A DNA stretch of 61,752 nucleotides, counting the filler, from Trichosphaerium sp. ATCC 40318 (Eukaryota; Protista; Tubulinea): assembly GCA_038496445.1 (NCBI GenBank). It is 3 parts of 3 records of this genome, joined end to end, with 100 filler letters (N's around TTAATTAATTAA, not from the genome) between each part and the next. Parts side by side here need not be neighbours in the genome. Positions count along the whole stretch, not along the records: positions 1 to 28,646 come from JALMLS010000570.1; 2 more parts are not named here. One strand, 5' to 3'. Positions 1 to 13,227 of this stretch are shown piece after piece (within the stretch, counting starts at the first letter, position 1; each line of letters begins with the position of its first letter). A program made the translations under genes and the position numbers. The notes beneath the pieces are model-generated. The model saw only the letters and a program-made list of their open reading frames with translations, was not told where the DNA came from and searched no databases.

Positions 1-1822
1 ATCAGTTGTTGGTGTGGCTGTGGTAGGGGCTGCAGTTGTAGGTGTAGTTGGCATCTATCACAGTTAGAAAGAAAGCTAAAAAATATCAAGCAAGTACCAG
101 TTAGGTGCATCTGTTGTTGTGTGCAGATAGTTGGAGCATCCGTTGTTGGTGCAACAGTTGGCTGTGAAGCAGTGGTTGATGAGCTTGTAGAAGGTGTTTC
201 TGTGACAGAAGTTAAGACAACGTATCATCAACAGTAATCCTTCTGTCTTGAACCTTCTTTTTGTTGGCCTTTGTACTTGGTGCCTCAGTTTTAACAGTGT
301 ACGTTGTACAAAAAGCCTTGGAAGTTTAGTTGGCCCTTTTACAGTTGTAGCTATAGGTGTTTCAGATATTGGAAATTTGTTTGCCAATGAGCGGTGTCTT
401 TTTAACAGCTTACAAGATAACTTTTTGTTAAAACCTATTGTTGGTCAGAAAAACAAGATGTGAGGTTTAAAAAATAGATTACTTACCTACGCATTCCCAC
501 ACAAAACACCTACGAGAACCCTTTTTTGTGTTTACTGTTGCTTCAAGAAGCCACTTGTGATTGCCATTTTTGTTTCTTTCTGCTTCTGTCGCTGTTTGTT
601 TGTTCAATATTTGAACAATTTGAACACCTGCATTTGGCCCAAAAGATTCTATATTCCGTGGCAATTCCATTTGATTTTGGGAAGTAAATGCCAACGCAAC
701 ACTATTGCCAGACACATCTGATTGAATACTCCCGTCACTATCAGCGTCACTATCAGCGTCACTGAAGATATAGTCACTGTTTGATGTTAGTAAGCAATGG
801 AACAACATTTACATACCTGAAACTGTCACTTTCACTTATCAGGTCAATTTGTATTACTTGCCTCTCTGGGCGCAATTTGTACGGTTCTTTACATGATACA
901 GTGTGTTGTGATCCTCTGTAGACAACCACCTGTATTTTCCACATATTATTGTGGGCCCTAGAGGCATTCCCTTTCAATGTGTTAGTTAAAGGCTTTGAAT
1001 ATAGCGTACAAGGATTAGATTCCATGTCATACAATCAATAAACCACCAAGTTCCATTGTTTCACATATGTAGTGAAATGTGGATGCGGTTTAGGCTGCCA
1101 CATCAAAATGTACTGCCTCCCAAGTTCTGCTTATGTAAGTGCAAACGCTAACTGTCTTTACATACCTTCCATGGAGTTTAAAGTCTTAGGTAATTTGGCC
1201 ATGTCCTGAACAACATTGCGATTTGGATACCCTGTAATCAAAGCCGGTAATGTCACACTCTTTATCAAATTAGGGTGTTTTCAAAATAATATAAAGTTAC
1301 ATACCTCAACAGCCTTAAACCCTCCCTCACTGCAAGTCCGACAGTTGTTTGAAACTGAAAGACGTTTATTCAGCCAGTTGCATATTTTTGCTTCAATATC
1401 TTGCCCTCCAAAAATGCACAACTGATGCGACACTCTGTAATCTGGATGTGTCAGAAGCACAGATGGCAATAGGTTATTATGCTCACCTTCACATTTGCAA
1501 CCGCTGTTATAGTTAGAAAATGCATGAAATGAAACACAAACACTTCTAACATAGCTGTGAATTTCACGGACACTAAAATCAGGGCTATATTTTCCACAGC
1601 GATGCTCCTCATAGTTATGTTCTATTTCCTTCCTCCTCTTTGGATATTTTGTGTAGCAATGCTGTAAAAACAACTGAATAAATGTGTTTCTACTTCCATC
1701 TATGTTGTTAGATGTGAGTACTGTCGGGTTGTTGGGAATCACCTAAACTTTCTTAGTACTTGTGTATAGAACAACACATACGCAAATATCACTAACAGAC
1801 TATAAACCAGTGAAAACAGCAT
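1..1822 (-). CDS. 5' part of a secreted mucin-like (PTT-repeat) protein with a Cys-containing N-terminal region; runs off the window start
   Basis: Near-identical reverse complement of 13228-15048; hydrophobic N-terminus MLFSLVYSLLVIF at 1822; multi-exon; PTT repeats begin near 1-180. Exact exon structure not resolved. Confidence 0.6.
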
Positions 1823-2399
1823 CCCAGGGACAGCTGTGATTATTCCAACATGCGTGGGGTTTCAAGTTTCCTACAACTACATTATGTTTGGGTTTCTTCA
1901 AACAGAAAATCACGTGATTGAAATTGAAGAAAAAAAAAAGAGTTCTAGCCACGACAAGAGCTAGTTTTGCTGCGCACAGATATCAAATCTACACTACGCA
2001 CACCATTTGCGTATGCTTCTTCTATTTAACCTGTGTTGGGTGAAAACTATCGCAAATAAATACAACAGCGCTATTAACGCCTGGTAGGTGCTTTTAAAGC
2101 AGGTTGAGGCTGTACTTAATTATTGCTGTATTAAAACATACTGTAAGTATCGTAGCGTGCGCTCATTGCCAAAGATGTAATAATTACTCGTTCGCGTGGA
2201 GAATTATGTTATTTACTCTACAGTGCACAAAAAAAATATGAGTTTTCGGACTTTTACAGAAAACCCTACAACACAATGTGGCCATCTGTTTACCCTCAAA
2301 CGTTCTGTATAGCATCACATTGTGTAAAAATATTCATTGAGACAGTGTGGGGCTCATAAAAAGGACTTGTAGCCTATTCAGCGCACAGAGATATCCCTT

Positions 2400-2854
2400 G
2401 TTAAGTCACAAATATGGATGACAAGGGTGCCAAGGCGCTTAAAGGCCTAAATGCGCTTTAACGCAGTGGCACTCAATCAAAAGGTGTAGTTTCAAGAGCG
2501 AACCATTTTGATCTGTACATATTCCAAAAAAATATTGGGTGCTACTTTGACCTTACATACCAGTATTTTGAATTAGTTGCCAAAGATGTGACTTAATGAT
2601 AAGATTGTCAAACCCTCTACTAGATGTATTATGATGAGGGCATTGGGCTTTCAGGTGTTCATACAATAGACCCTAGCATCAACTTGTATGCTATGCGTGA
2701 AATTGACTTTAGTACCTCGGTAACAGATACAGGGCTACAAGCGCTTGTTGGTGTCCATGCCATTCAGCTTGGTAGTTTCAGGCTTATACTCATAAAGGTA
2801 TTCAAACACGTCTGGTGTTCGTTAGCATTTCCTTTGGCTGTAAAGGCACAATAG
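2400..2854 (+). pseudogene. Degenerate LRR (xGVHTI-type) gene relic
   Basis: Fragments DDKGAKALKGL, DEGIGLSGVHTID and TSVTDTGLQALVGVHAIQL match the repeat consensus of the LRR genes at 20269 and 30370; broken by deletions and frameshifts. Confidence 0.7.
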
Positions 2855-3466
2855 ATGAAAGGACAGTAACATTCACAGTAACTTCAAAACATTGGAAAAC
2901 CGAAGAGAGCACCTTGGTAAATCTTCTGGATCAAGTCAACAGCATGTCATTTAAAGTGGTCGTGCTATTTACATTTGTAAGCCTCTCATCACTTCCCTTT
3001 AAGGGTTCTCAATAAAGTTTAGTAAAATAGTGATCTTAGATTGTATTTATTAAGTATGTAAGTAGCTGATCAGAAAAGCAAAGACTGTCTGTGGAAAATG
3101 AACATCCCTTGATTGGCAACTACATTTTCCTCTAAGGTATACAAATATTTCACAAAGAGGGTTCGCTAAATATCAAGAAAGCAATGTAACGAATAATTAT
3201 TCTTAGCAAACGTGTTATGACGTTTTTTGGTTAAAATGGAAAGCAGGATTTAAAGGTCACCACTCATACTTACTACGCATATGACAGTGTTACAATAATA
3301 TATTTGGTTTTAGGACGTGCAACAATTAGATTAAGAGAAGCCGCGGAATGTCCCGAGGAGGACATCCTTTTTTAAACAACTTTCTCGGCTGACTTTCCTT
3401 TTTAAGAAAGTGTTCCGTCTTTCTCACTTGCCATCATTTCATCATTATCTCAAAACAACAACCCCA

Positions 3467-4411
3467 ATGGCTACTATTCACTACCTCGCTCTATCTGCTC
3501 CATGTCGTATTGCTCATATTGGCGCTCTCGCCACTGGCACTGACGTAACTCTCAAGGTACTCAGCAACAGACAGAAACACCTTGTTTGGCTAATACAGTA
3601 TCTGTTAGCCTGTAGATTTACTTAACGGTGAGCACAAAGAAAAAGCTTACTTGAAAATAAACCCAAAACACCAAGTACCATCTGTGACTGAAGGAGATGT
3701 TGTTGTACGTGACTCAAGTGCTATTCTCAGGTACAACATTAAAGAACGCCGTTTTCTCCAAATATCAGCTTACAAGGTGATTAGGTATTTTAGCATTAAG
3801 AATCCGTCACCAGTTTACCCCATAAACAACTCAGTCGCATTCGCACCAGTACGTCTTATTTAGAAAAACATGACGTTAAAAAACGATTTCAGTCACGTGA
3901 TATCACGTTTTTTATGTGAAACGACAACTTATTGACGGGTTTTTTGTTTCAGATCGACTCTGCATACGAATCTATTCGTAATGATATCTTCAACACTTGT
4001 AACAGCTTCGCTTTTGAGAATTTCTTCGTTTCCAAAGTGTACAAAGCAAGAGACACAGACCCTAAAAAGCTCAAAGAGATCACAGACAAACTAAAAGCAG
4101 AGGTATGCAACATGGTTGTTTTGTTTGTTTGGTAGTTAAATCCAAAGGTACATGTTCCCACACTGACTGTTTTTGAATAGTTGGAGTTCTACGAGAAGAA
4201 CTATTTCAAGAAATCACGATTCTTGGTTGGATACTCAATATCTATGGCCGACTATGCACTGTGCGTTTCTCTGGCTCAAGCTATTGGTACAGGATATAAG
4301 GTAGCTCTCCCTAAAAAGATAGCATCTTTGTATAAAAAAGTAAAGAGGGATCCAGTGTACGAACAAGCACACAAAGATTTCTTTGATTTCGCTAGCACTA
4401 TTGAAGTGTAA
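3467..4411 (+). CDS. Glutathione S-transferase (theta/delta-like), 5 exons
   Basis: Spliced product MATIHYLALSAPCR...VDLLNGEHKEKAYLKINPKHQVPSVTEGDVVVRDSSAILRY...FLVGYSISMADYAL carries GST-N (SxPCR, INPxHxVP, DSxAILRY) and GST-C (SxAD) motifs; GT-AG introns. Confidence 0.9.
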
Positions 4412-5332
4412 CATGACCTTTTAAATAAATCTTATCGAATGTTTTCTCGCCTCCTGTTGAAGTAACAATTGCTTGGTATCCTTTTTCAGGCGCATTCACC
4501 CAAGCGGGTACTCAACGGTTCGTACTTTAGGTTCTGAATACAATGGATGATTGTTCTTACAAGCACATTTTAATTTCACTGGCAGCAACTAGGCGCGCTT
4601 GAAACATGACGCCGCAAACTGTTTTGTTTTTCTTGAGAGCTGTACTAACTTTAATAAGCCACCGCTAAACTTAGAACCTGTTCGCAAACGTTCACTTGCA
4701 GTGCGAAAATAAAGTCCAGAACTTACAGAAAAAAACCGCTAAATTATGGTTTGTGGAAAATAGAGAGAAGAGAATGGTGTAAATTAGACATAGAAGTATA
4801 TCAAACAATTCAGTTCAGCTTCTTCACAAATATTGAATTATCTAAAAATAAAACTAAGCACGTGATTGTTTAGCTTTAAAAAACGCTCGTGACGCCATTT
4901 TCTTAACAGAATCGCCTGAAACGTGAGGTATTAGGACAATTTTTAAGCACGTGGTTACTATTCGTCGATAGCTTTCCAAAACACTTTCATTTTCACTTAC
5001 CACGCGCTGTATTGTATGTCCTGAAGTTTTATTTCCAAAGGTTTACGAAAAAGAGCCAAACTCGGTCTGAAACTACTGTTTGGGGTGTAGGAACATTTTT
5101 CGAACCTCCAAATAACGACATCAAGTGTACAACGAAAAATAGCATTTTCAAGCCATGTTAAGTCTATACAGATTCGGAAACACCAGTTTGCTCATTTATC
5201 GTTGTGCTACCATTACTAAGGGCATAAAATACGAGTATTTCGGAAGCTGACGATTGTAATTAAGCCGTTGTGTAAAAAGATTCATTCAATTTCAAAATAA
5301 TTTATTAACACAACTGCACACGCCACGAAGTA

Positions 5333-7349
5333 ATGACAACGAACAAACTCATATTACTCCTCTCAATATTTATTGCTTTATCAGGTAAATCTCTTTTGCT
5401 GTGCCTAAAAACGTATAGTTTGTCCTCTACGATAGTATAGGCCTACAGAAATTGTGGCCTTTTGTTTTCGGCACAATGCAACATAATCCACAGGAAAAAA
5501 AAAACCGAAACACGTGATCACTAATGTTTTGCGTTAATAGTGAGCCAAAATACGACTATGTCTGTTATAAGCGATTTAGAAGCGACATATATTGATGGTT
5601 CAAGCAGAAAAAGAGGTGAAAACGATGAACCCCAAGGCAGACGTACAACAGTTCGGTTGTCGTCGAACCAAATTGGACTCGTCAGATTTCCAATGATATT
5701 TGGCAGAAACGGTATAATTGTCTTCAAGATATGTCATTTAATTATTTCAAAGGTGGACCTGTGCCAGACGACGCAGAAATTGTGAAAGCAACCTTTACCG
5801 TTACATCGCTTAACAACGCACTTAACGCGGTTTTATTCAAACCTGAGCGGTCTTGGAGTGAAAGTAGCGTCCATTGGCAAAATTACCGAAATTCAATTTC
5901 TACATCTACCGCCAATCGAGTTGCAACTCTGATATATGAAGGTAGTCAAGTTGTAAATGCTGATGTAACATGTACGCAATTTGACGAGACAATACTCTTA
6001 AAATATGTACTTACCCCACGTGTTTAGCTTACCTTAAAGATTTGGTTGATGCTAATTTTATGGATGATTTTGGATGGAGTATAGTGCAACAAGGAGGATC
6101 CTCTAGTTTTTATAGTGAAGATGAATCGAATTCAAATGTTAGACCGTTTCTATCTGTAGAATGGCGTTGTAATGACAACAACGGATGTACAACGGATTCT
6201 AACGCTATGATGAACGGTATGAAAAATCCAAGTTTTTACTGCGTTTAGCTAATCGTTTTAGGTGTTTGTGTTCAACCCACACCTGTGTCATGTGATGATA
6301 CTATTGATTGCACTAACGATATGTGTATGGCTTTGGGACCTTGGAACCAAACGTGCTCGCATACCGAAGTAGATAGCGTTTGCGACCAAGGTCAAAGGCA
6401 CGTTGTGTTTTATGTTTGCTGAAAATGATCACAAAAACTTATACTGAATAGATGTACACTTCAAGGTTGTGTTGGTATACCAACTACAGAAGCTCCAGCA
6501 CTGCCATTAGTACGTTAGGCATTGAGGGTAATTCCACGACTAATAGTTATTTGAAAGTGTGTTGTTGGAAATCTTGTGTGCAGATGCTCTTCTGAAACAG
6601 AATTCGATTGTGATGGCTCTTTCAATGGTACTGTCATTCTACCTCAGTATGAAATTATTTGGACAAGTACGTAAACCAAATCCGTAGTACAAAAGTGACA
6701 TTGAAACGACTAATTGTTGTTGTTTCTTTTAGGTGCTTTTGTAACAACGAACACTTCAATCATTATTTTCGGAACAAATACAACAGTCATCTTGGAAACT
6801 TGTCATGATATTAAAGGTACATTAACACTGTGAATGTGCTTCTAGTATAAGTTGAAGTGCTAATGGTTTGTATCATAGGATCAATCCAGGTTGATTTTCA
6901 ACTTGAGAGAGGAGAAGAGTCTGTACTTGTGAAGCATAATGATGGATGTTCTTTAGATGATGTAGATGTCATTTTCAATGACGGTAATTGCATAAAAGGT
7001 CGAGCAGTACAGCGTGGTACGCAGCAAAAACACAACTAGTTACTTAACACAAATCGACTCATAATTCGTACGCAGGCACCAGTCTTGTTGCTGTGTTTGA
7101 TAACTCGTGCTCTGGGCAGACTGAAGGTAGTAACATATCTGTACCTATGGTTGTTGGTATCATCGTGGCAATTATAGTTGTCATAGGTGCGCTATATAGT
7201 TTTATTGCTTGCTCTGTGAAGTTCTTACTTTCGTTTTAGCAATTCTTGCTTTTGTATTCCTTTATCCTCCCGCCAGAGCCTTTGTAATGCCTTTCTCCAA
7301 GCAAACAATGCGCACTACACCAAAGGAAATTGATGATGACCAATTGTAG
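5333..7349 (+). CDS. Type I membrane protein: signal peptide, DNRLRE/CBM96-like domain, Dictyostelium-type Cys repeats, TM helix, short tail (copy A)
   Basis: Hand-spliced, about 10 exons: MTTNKLILLLSIFIALS; VPDDAEIVKATFTV, WSESSVHW, ADVT, FYSEDESNSNVRPFLSVEW; CNDNNGCTTD and CDDTIDCTNDMC; TM VVGIIVAIIVVIAILAFVFL; TAG at 7347-7349. Confidence 0.8.
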
Positions 7350-7760
7350 ACCAAACATATCGCACCCCATAGCAACCAGCTTAACATGTACATAAAAGAT
7401 AATTCTATTGTTATTTGACCAGAATCACGTTCTTAAATTTGATGGTGAACAACCCTTTTACCGAGAATTCTGAAGCTAGGCAAACTGGATTTTCGATAAA
7501 GAAATCTACGAACTAACAAAACTGACAGGTTCTGGATATTTGTAGTGTTTTATCGTAGGTGTACGAAACTGCAAGAACTGGAGGTAATCACTACTTAGGT
7601 TCTTGACAATATTGTCCTTAGCCTCATTTCGTTTTTTTTCATAGCACAACACCCACTCGCATTGGTTTGTCCGCTTTCGAGGTTAACGTTTTTAAGCTGT
7701 AAAAAGATTCATTCAATTCAATTCAGTACAAGTTATTTACAGTACTGCACGCACGAAGTC

Positions 7761-9790
7761 ATGACAACTAACAAACTCATATTACTCCTCTCAATATTTA
7801 TTACTTTATCAGGTAAATCTCTTTTGCTGTGCCTAAAAACGTATAGTTTGTCCTCTACGATAACATAGGCCGAATAAAATTGGCCAACAAAATTTATTAC
7901 GTTGTTTTCGGCACAAAGTAACATTCGACACCAAAAATATCAAAAAACACGTGATCACTAATGTTTTGCGTTAATAGTGAGCCAAAATACGACTATGTCT
8001 GTTATACATGATTTAGAAGCGACATATATTGACGAGTCAAGGGGCAATAATGCCCACGGCGCACTTGATACAGTTCGGTTGTCGTCGAGGCAAATTGGAC
8101 TCGTCAGATTTCCAATGATATTTGGCACAAACGGTATAATTGTCTTCAAGATATGTCATTTAATTATTTCAAAGGTGGACCTGTACCAGACGACGCAGAA
8201 ATTGTGAAAGCAACCTTTACCGTTACATCACCTGACACCAGATTAAATGCGGGTATTTTCAAGGCGCAAAGCGTTTGGCAAGAAAATGTAGTAAGCTGGG
8301 ATAGATACCGAAGATTTATAAATACGTCTCCCAACAATCAAATTGCAACTCTTATATATGAGAATAGTGAAGTTGTAAATGCTGATGTAACTTGTACGTA
8401 ATTTTATATAACAACTCCCTCTTAAAATAGTACTTACCCCACGTGTTTAGCTTACCTTAAAGATTTGGTAGATTCTAATTTTATGAATGATTTTGGATGG
8501 AGTATAGTGCAACAAGGAGTATCCTCTAGTTTTTATAGTGAAGATGAATCGAATCTAACTGTTAGACCTTTTCTATCTGTAGAATGGCGTTGTAATGACA
8601 ACAACGGATGTACAACGGATTCTAACGCTATGATGAACGGTATGAAAAATCCAAGTTTTTAATGCTTTCGCCTTAATATCGTTTTAGGTGTTTGTGTTCA
8701 ACCCACACCTGTGTTGTGTAATGATACTATTGATTGCACTAACGATATGTGTATGGCTTTGGGTCCTTTGAACTATACATGCTCGCATACCGAGGTAGAT
8801 AGCGCTTGTGATCAAGATCAAAGGCACGTTATACGTTTGGAAGACTATCACAAAAACTTATGCTGGATAGATGTACATTTCAAGGATGTGTTGGTGCACC
8901 AACAACAGAAGCGCCAGGACTACCATTAGTACGTTAGGCGTAGAGGTAATTCTTTAACTAATAGTTAATTTTTAAGTGTACTATTGGTAATCTTGTGTGC
9001 AGATGCTCTTCTGAAACAGAATTCGATTGTGATGGCTCTTTCAATGGTACTGTCGTTCTACCTCAGTTCGAAATTATTTGGAAAAGTATGTAAACCAAAC
9101 CTGTAGTACAGAAATGATTAATTTGTTTCTATTAGATACTTTTGCAACAACAAACACTTCAATCATTATTTTCGGAACAAATACAACAGTCATCTTGGCA
9201 ACTTGTCATGATATTAAAGGTACACTAAATTGTTTTCCTATACAGTATACTAGCACTGTGAATATGCTTACAGCCGTAAGTTGAAGGCTAATGGTTGTAT
9301 CATAGGATCAATTCAAGTTGATTTTCAACTTGAGAGAGGAGAAGAGTCTGTACTTGTGAAGCATAATGATGGATGTTCTTTAGATGATGTAGATGTCATT
9401 TTCAATGACGGTAATTGCATAAAAGGTCGAGCAGTACAGCGTGGTACGCAGCAAAAACACAACTAGATACCTAACACAAATCGACTCATAATTCGTACGC
9501 AGGCACCAGTCTTGTTGCTGTGTTTGATAACTCGTGCTCTGGGCAGACTGGAGGTAGTAACAGTAGCATATCTGTACTTATGGTTGTCGGTATCATTGCA
9601 GCAATTATAGTTGTCATAGGTACTGCTTAATTAGCAAAATTTTAGTCGGTTCTCAATGAAGGTTCTTACATTCGTTTTAGCAATTCTTGCTTTTATATTC
9701 CTTTATCCTCCTGCCAGAGCCTTTGTAATGCCCTTCTCCAGACAAACAAGGCGCACTACCGCAAAAAAGCTTGATAATGAGAAGCTGTAG
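7761..9790 (+). CDS. Tandem paralog (copy B) of the DNRLRE-like type I membrane protein
   Basis: Same exon/intron layout as 5333-7349, offset about 2.43 kb; ends ...KKLDNEKL-TAG. Confidence 0.8.
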
Positions 9791-9899
9791 ATCGAAATAA
9801 CCAGAGTAGTACCTAGCAACTAGCTTACAATATACATAAAAAAATAAAACTCCACAGTATTTTAGTACAATCTAAAAATAATAAAAAAAACAACGCACT

Positions 9900-10437
9900 C
9901 TGTACATTATGCACACATTGTAAATCTTATCTTTGATAGTCTAAATTGGATGTTGTAGTGTATTATCACACTACCTACTTCTCTTGAATTCCTTGAGAGT
10001 AGTGATCGTGACAAATAGTTGAAGAGGAAATACGTGTAGAAGTTCATCATACACTTCATAGATTTTGCCTGTAGGAGAGTAGAAGTTGTGGAGGCGGATC
10101 AGATTTATGATGATGTTCTGGCAATGGTTTTTTTGATAAAGGAAGAATTTCTATTGTGTACTTATCCAGGATCTAGTGTAATTTCATCGCCTGAATACAA
10201 AAAAAAATCATCTGGATTGCCTGCAATTAAGGAGAAACCAAATCTTGCCATGCTAGGGTTACACAGAGCTTTTACACCCTCCTAAATGAGAAATACAGTG
10301 AACTGAGCATATATGGAATGTACATCTTTCTGCATAATAATCCAAGAATGAACAAGCATAAATTCTTGAGATTTATTTCTCTGGAATATGCTGGAACTCT
10401 ACTCGTAGTCACCAAATGTTGTTATCAACATTTCCAT
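9900..10437 (-). pseudogene. Possible degenerate gene of unknown function
   Basis: ATG-initiated frame MENVDNNIW*LRVEFQH...QKD, a GT-AG intron, then EGVKALCNPSMARFGFSLIAG... with internal stops. Confidence 0.25.
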
Positions 10438-10627
10438 TAGAATCTATATTGCAGTTAGTTATACAGTTTGATTCTAGTTTGAGGGCTATAGGCTCCCTCT
10501 TACAGTTGTTTTATTGTGAACAACGTACGACCTTCAATAACCATTTTTTAGTTTTTCTTTCCAAGACTAGGACTTAAAACATAGGATAAAAAAAATGCTG
10601 TGTTTGTTGCTAAAGTGTTAAGGAAAA

Positions 10628-11587
10628 TTATTGTTTATTACTAATAGCACTGGCAAAGTGGAAGAAATCTTTGTGTGCTTTTTTGAACACACGATCCCTA
10701 TTTACTTTTTTGTACAAAGATGCTATCTTTTTAGGAAGAGCTACCTTATATCCTGTACCAATAGCTTGAGCCAGAGAAACGCACAGTGCATAGTCGGCCA
10801 TAGATATTGAGTATCCAACCAAGAATCGTGATTTCTTGAAATAGTTCTTCTCGTAGAACTCCAACTATTCAAAAACAGTGAGTGTGGGAAACATGTACCA
10901 TGGGATTTAACTGTAAACAAACACAAACAACTTTGTGTTGCATACCTCTGCTTTTAGTTTGTCTGTGATCTCTTTGAGCTTTTTAGGATCAGTGTCTCTT
11001 GCTTTGTACACTTTGGAAACAAAGAAATTCTCAAAAGCGAAGCTGTTACAAGTGTTGAAGATATCACTACGAATAGATTCGTATGCAGAGTCGATCTGAA
11101 ACAAAAAACCCGTCAATAAGTTGTCGTTTCACATAAAAAACGTGATATCATGTGACCGAAATCGTTTTTTAACGTCATTTTTTTCTAAATAAGACGTACT
11201 GGTGCGAATGCGACTGAGTTGTTTATGGGGTAAACTGGTGACGGATTCTTAATGCTAAAATACCTAATCGCTTTGGTAAGAGGATATATTTTGCGGAGAA
11301 AACGGCGTTTTTTAATGTTGTACCTGAGAATAGCACTTGAGTCACGTACAACAACATCTCCTTCAGTCACAGATGGTACTTGGTGTTTTGGGTTTATTTT
11401 CAAGTAAGCTTTTTCTTTGTGCTCACCGTTAAGTAAATCTACAGGCTAACAGATACTGTATTAGCCAAACAAGGTGTTTCTGTTTGTTGCTGAGTACCTT
11501 GAGAGTTACGTCAGTGCCAGTGGCGAGAGCGCCAATATGAGCAATACGACATGGAGCAGATAGAGCGAGGTAGTGAATAGTAGCCAT
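10628..11587 (-). CDS. Glutathione S-transferase, inverted paralog of 3467-4411
   Basis: Same exons; differs mainly in the C-terminus (NRDRVFKKAHKDFFHFASAISNKQ). Confidence 0.9.
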
Positions 11588-12194
11588 TGGGTTTGTTGTT
11601 TTTGAGATAATGATGAAATGATGGCAAGTGAGAAAGACGGAACAGTTTCTTAAAAAGGAAAGTCAGCCGAGAAAGTTGTTTAAAAAAGGATGTCCTCCTC
11701 GGGACATTCCGCGGCTTCTCTTAATTGTTGCACATCCTAAAACCAAATATATTATTGTAACACTGTCATATGTGTAGTAAGTATGAGTGGTGACCTTTAA
11801 ATCCTGCTTTCCATTTTAACCAAAAAACGTCATAACACGTTTGCTATGAATAAGTATTTTTCTGCTACCATGATTCCTTAATAGGGACCTTTTTAGCGAA
11901 TACCTTCTTAGTAAAACATTTTGTATACCTTAGAGGAAAATGTGTAAGTCAATCAAGGATGTCATAAGTTATCCAGTTTTCAACAAACGTCTTTGCTTTT
12001 CTGATCAGCTACTTAAAATAGTTAATAAATAGTCCATATAACCTAAAATGTACGCTTATTTATTAGAGTTAATCAGCGTATGAGTAAGCCTTGTATGGAG
12101 CATACATTAATAGTATCACCTTCCAATGATTCTGCAATACCTTGATCTTTCAGAATGCCTATTCAAAAAACAGAAACAGATTAAAGCCTTTCAT

Positions 12195-12650
12195 CTATTG
12201 TGCCTTTACAGCCAAAGGAAATGCTAACGAACACCAGACGTGTTTGAATACCTTTATGAGTATAAGCCTGAAACTACCAAGCTGAATGGCATGGACACCA
12301 ACAAGCGCTTGTAGCCCTGTATCTGTTACCGAGGTACTAAAGTCAATTTCACGCATAGCATACAAGTTGATGCTAGGGTCTATTGTATGAACACCTGAAA
12401 GCCCCAATGCCCTCATCATAATACATCTAGTAGAGGGTTTGACAATCTTATCATTAAGTCACATCTTTGGCAACTAATTCAAAATACTGGTATGTAAGGT
12501 CAAAGTAGCACCCAATATTTTTTTGGAATATGTACAGATCAAAATGGTTCGCTCTTGAAACTACACCTTTTGATTGAGTGCCACTGCGTTAAAGCGCATT
12601 TAGGCCTTTAAGCGCCTTGGCACCCTTGTCATCCATATTTGTGACTTAAC
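12195..12650 (-). pseudogene. Degenerate LRR relic (inverted copy of 2400-2854)
   Basis: Same fragments; one extra G in the attgggg run relative to the left arm. Confidence 0.7.
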
Positions 12651-13227
12651 AAGGGATATCTCTGTGCGCTGAATAGGCTACAAGTCCTTTTTATGAGCCC
12701 CACACTGTCTCAATGAATATTTTTACACAATGTGATGCTATACAGAACGTTTGAGGGTAAACAGATGGCCACATTGTGTTGTAGGGTTTTCTGTAAAAGT
12801 CCGAAAACTCATATTTTTTTTGTGCACTGTAGAGTAAATAACATAATTCTCCACGCGAACGAGTAATTATTACATCTTTGGCAATGAGCGCACGCTACGA
12901 TACTTACAGTATGTTTTAATACAGCAATAATTAAGTACAGCCTCAACCTGCTTTAAAAGCACCTACCAGGCGTTAATAGCGCTGTTGTATTTATTTGCGA
13001 TAGTTTTCACCCAACACAGGTTAAATAGAAGAAGCATACGCAAATGGTGTGCGTAGTGTAGATTTGATATCTGTGCGCAGCAAAACTAGCTCTTGTCGTG
13101 GCTAGAACTCTTTTTTTTTTCTTCAATTTCAATCACGTGATTTTCTGTTTGAAGAAACCCAAACATAATGTAGTTGTAGGAAACTTGAAACCCCACGCAT
13201 GTTGGAATAATCACAGCTGTCCCTGGG

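Larger units (their letters stand above)
1..4411. repeat. Left arm of large inverted duplication (partner 10628-15048)
   Basis: ORFs 479-808, 774-1034 and 1281-1742 (-) have identical translations to 14242-14571, 14016-14276 and 13308-13769 (+); coordinates sum to about 15050. Confidence 0.97.
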
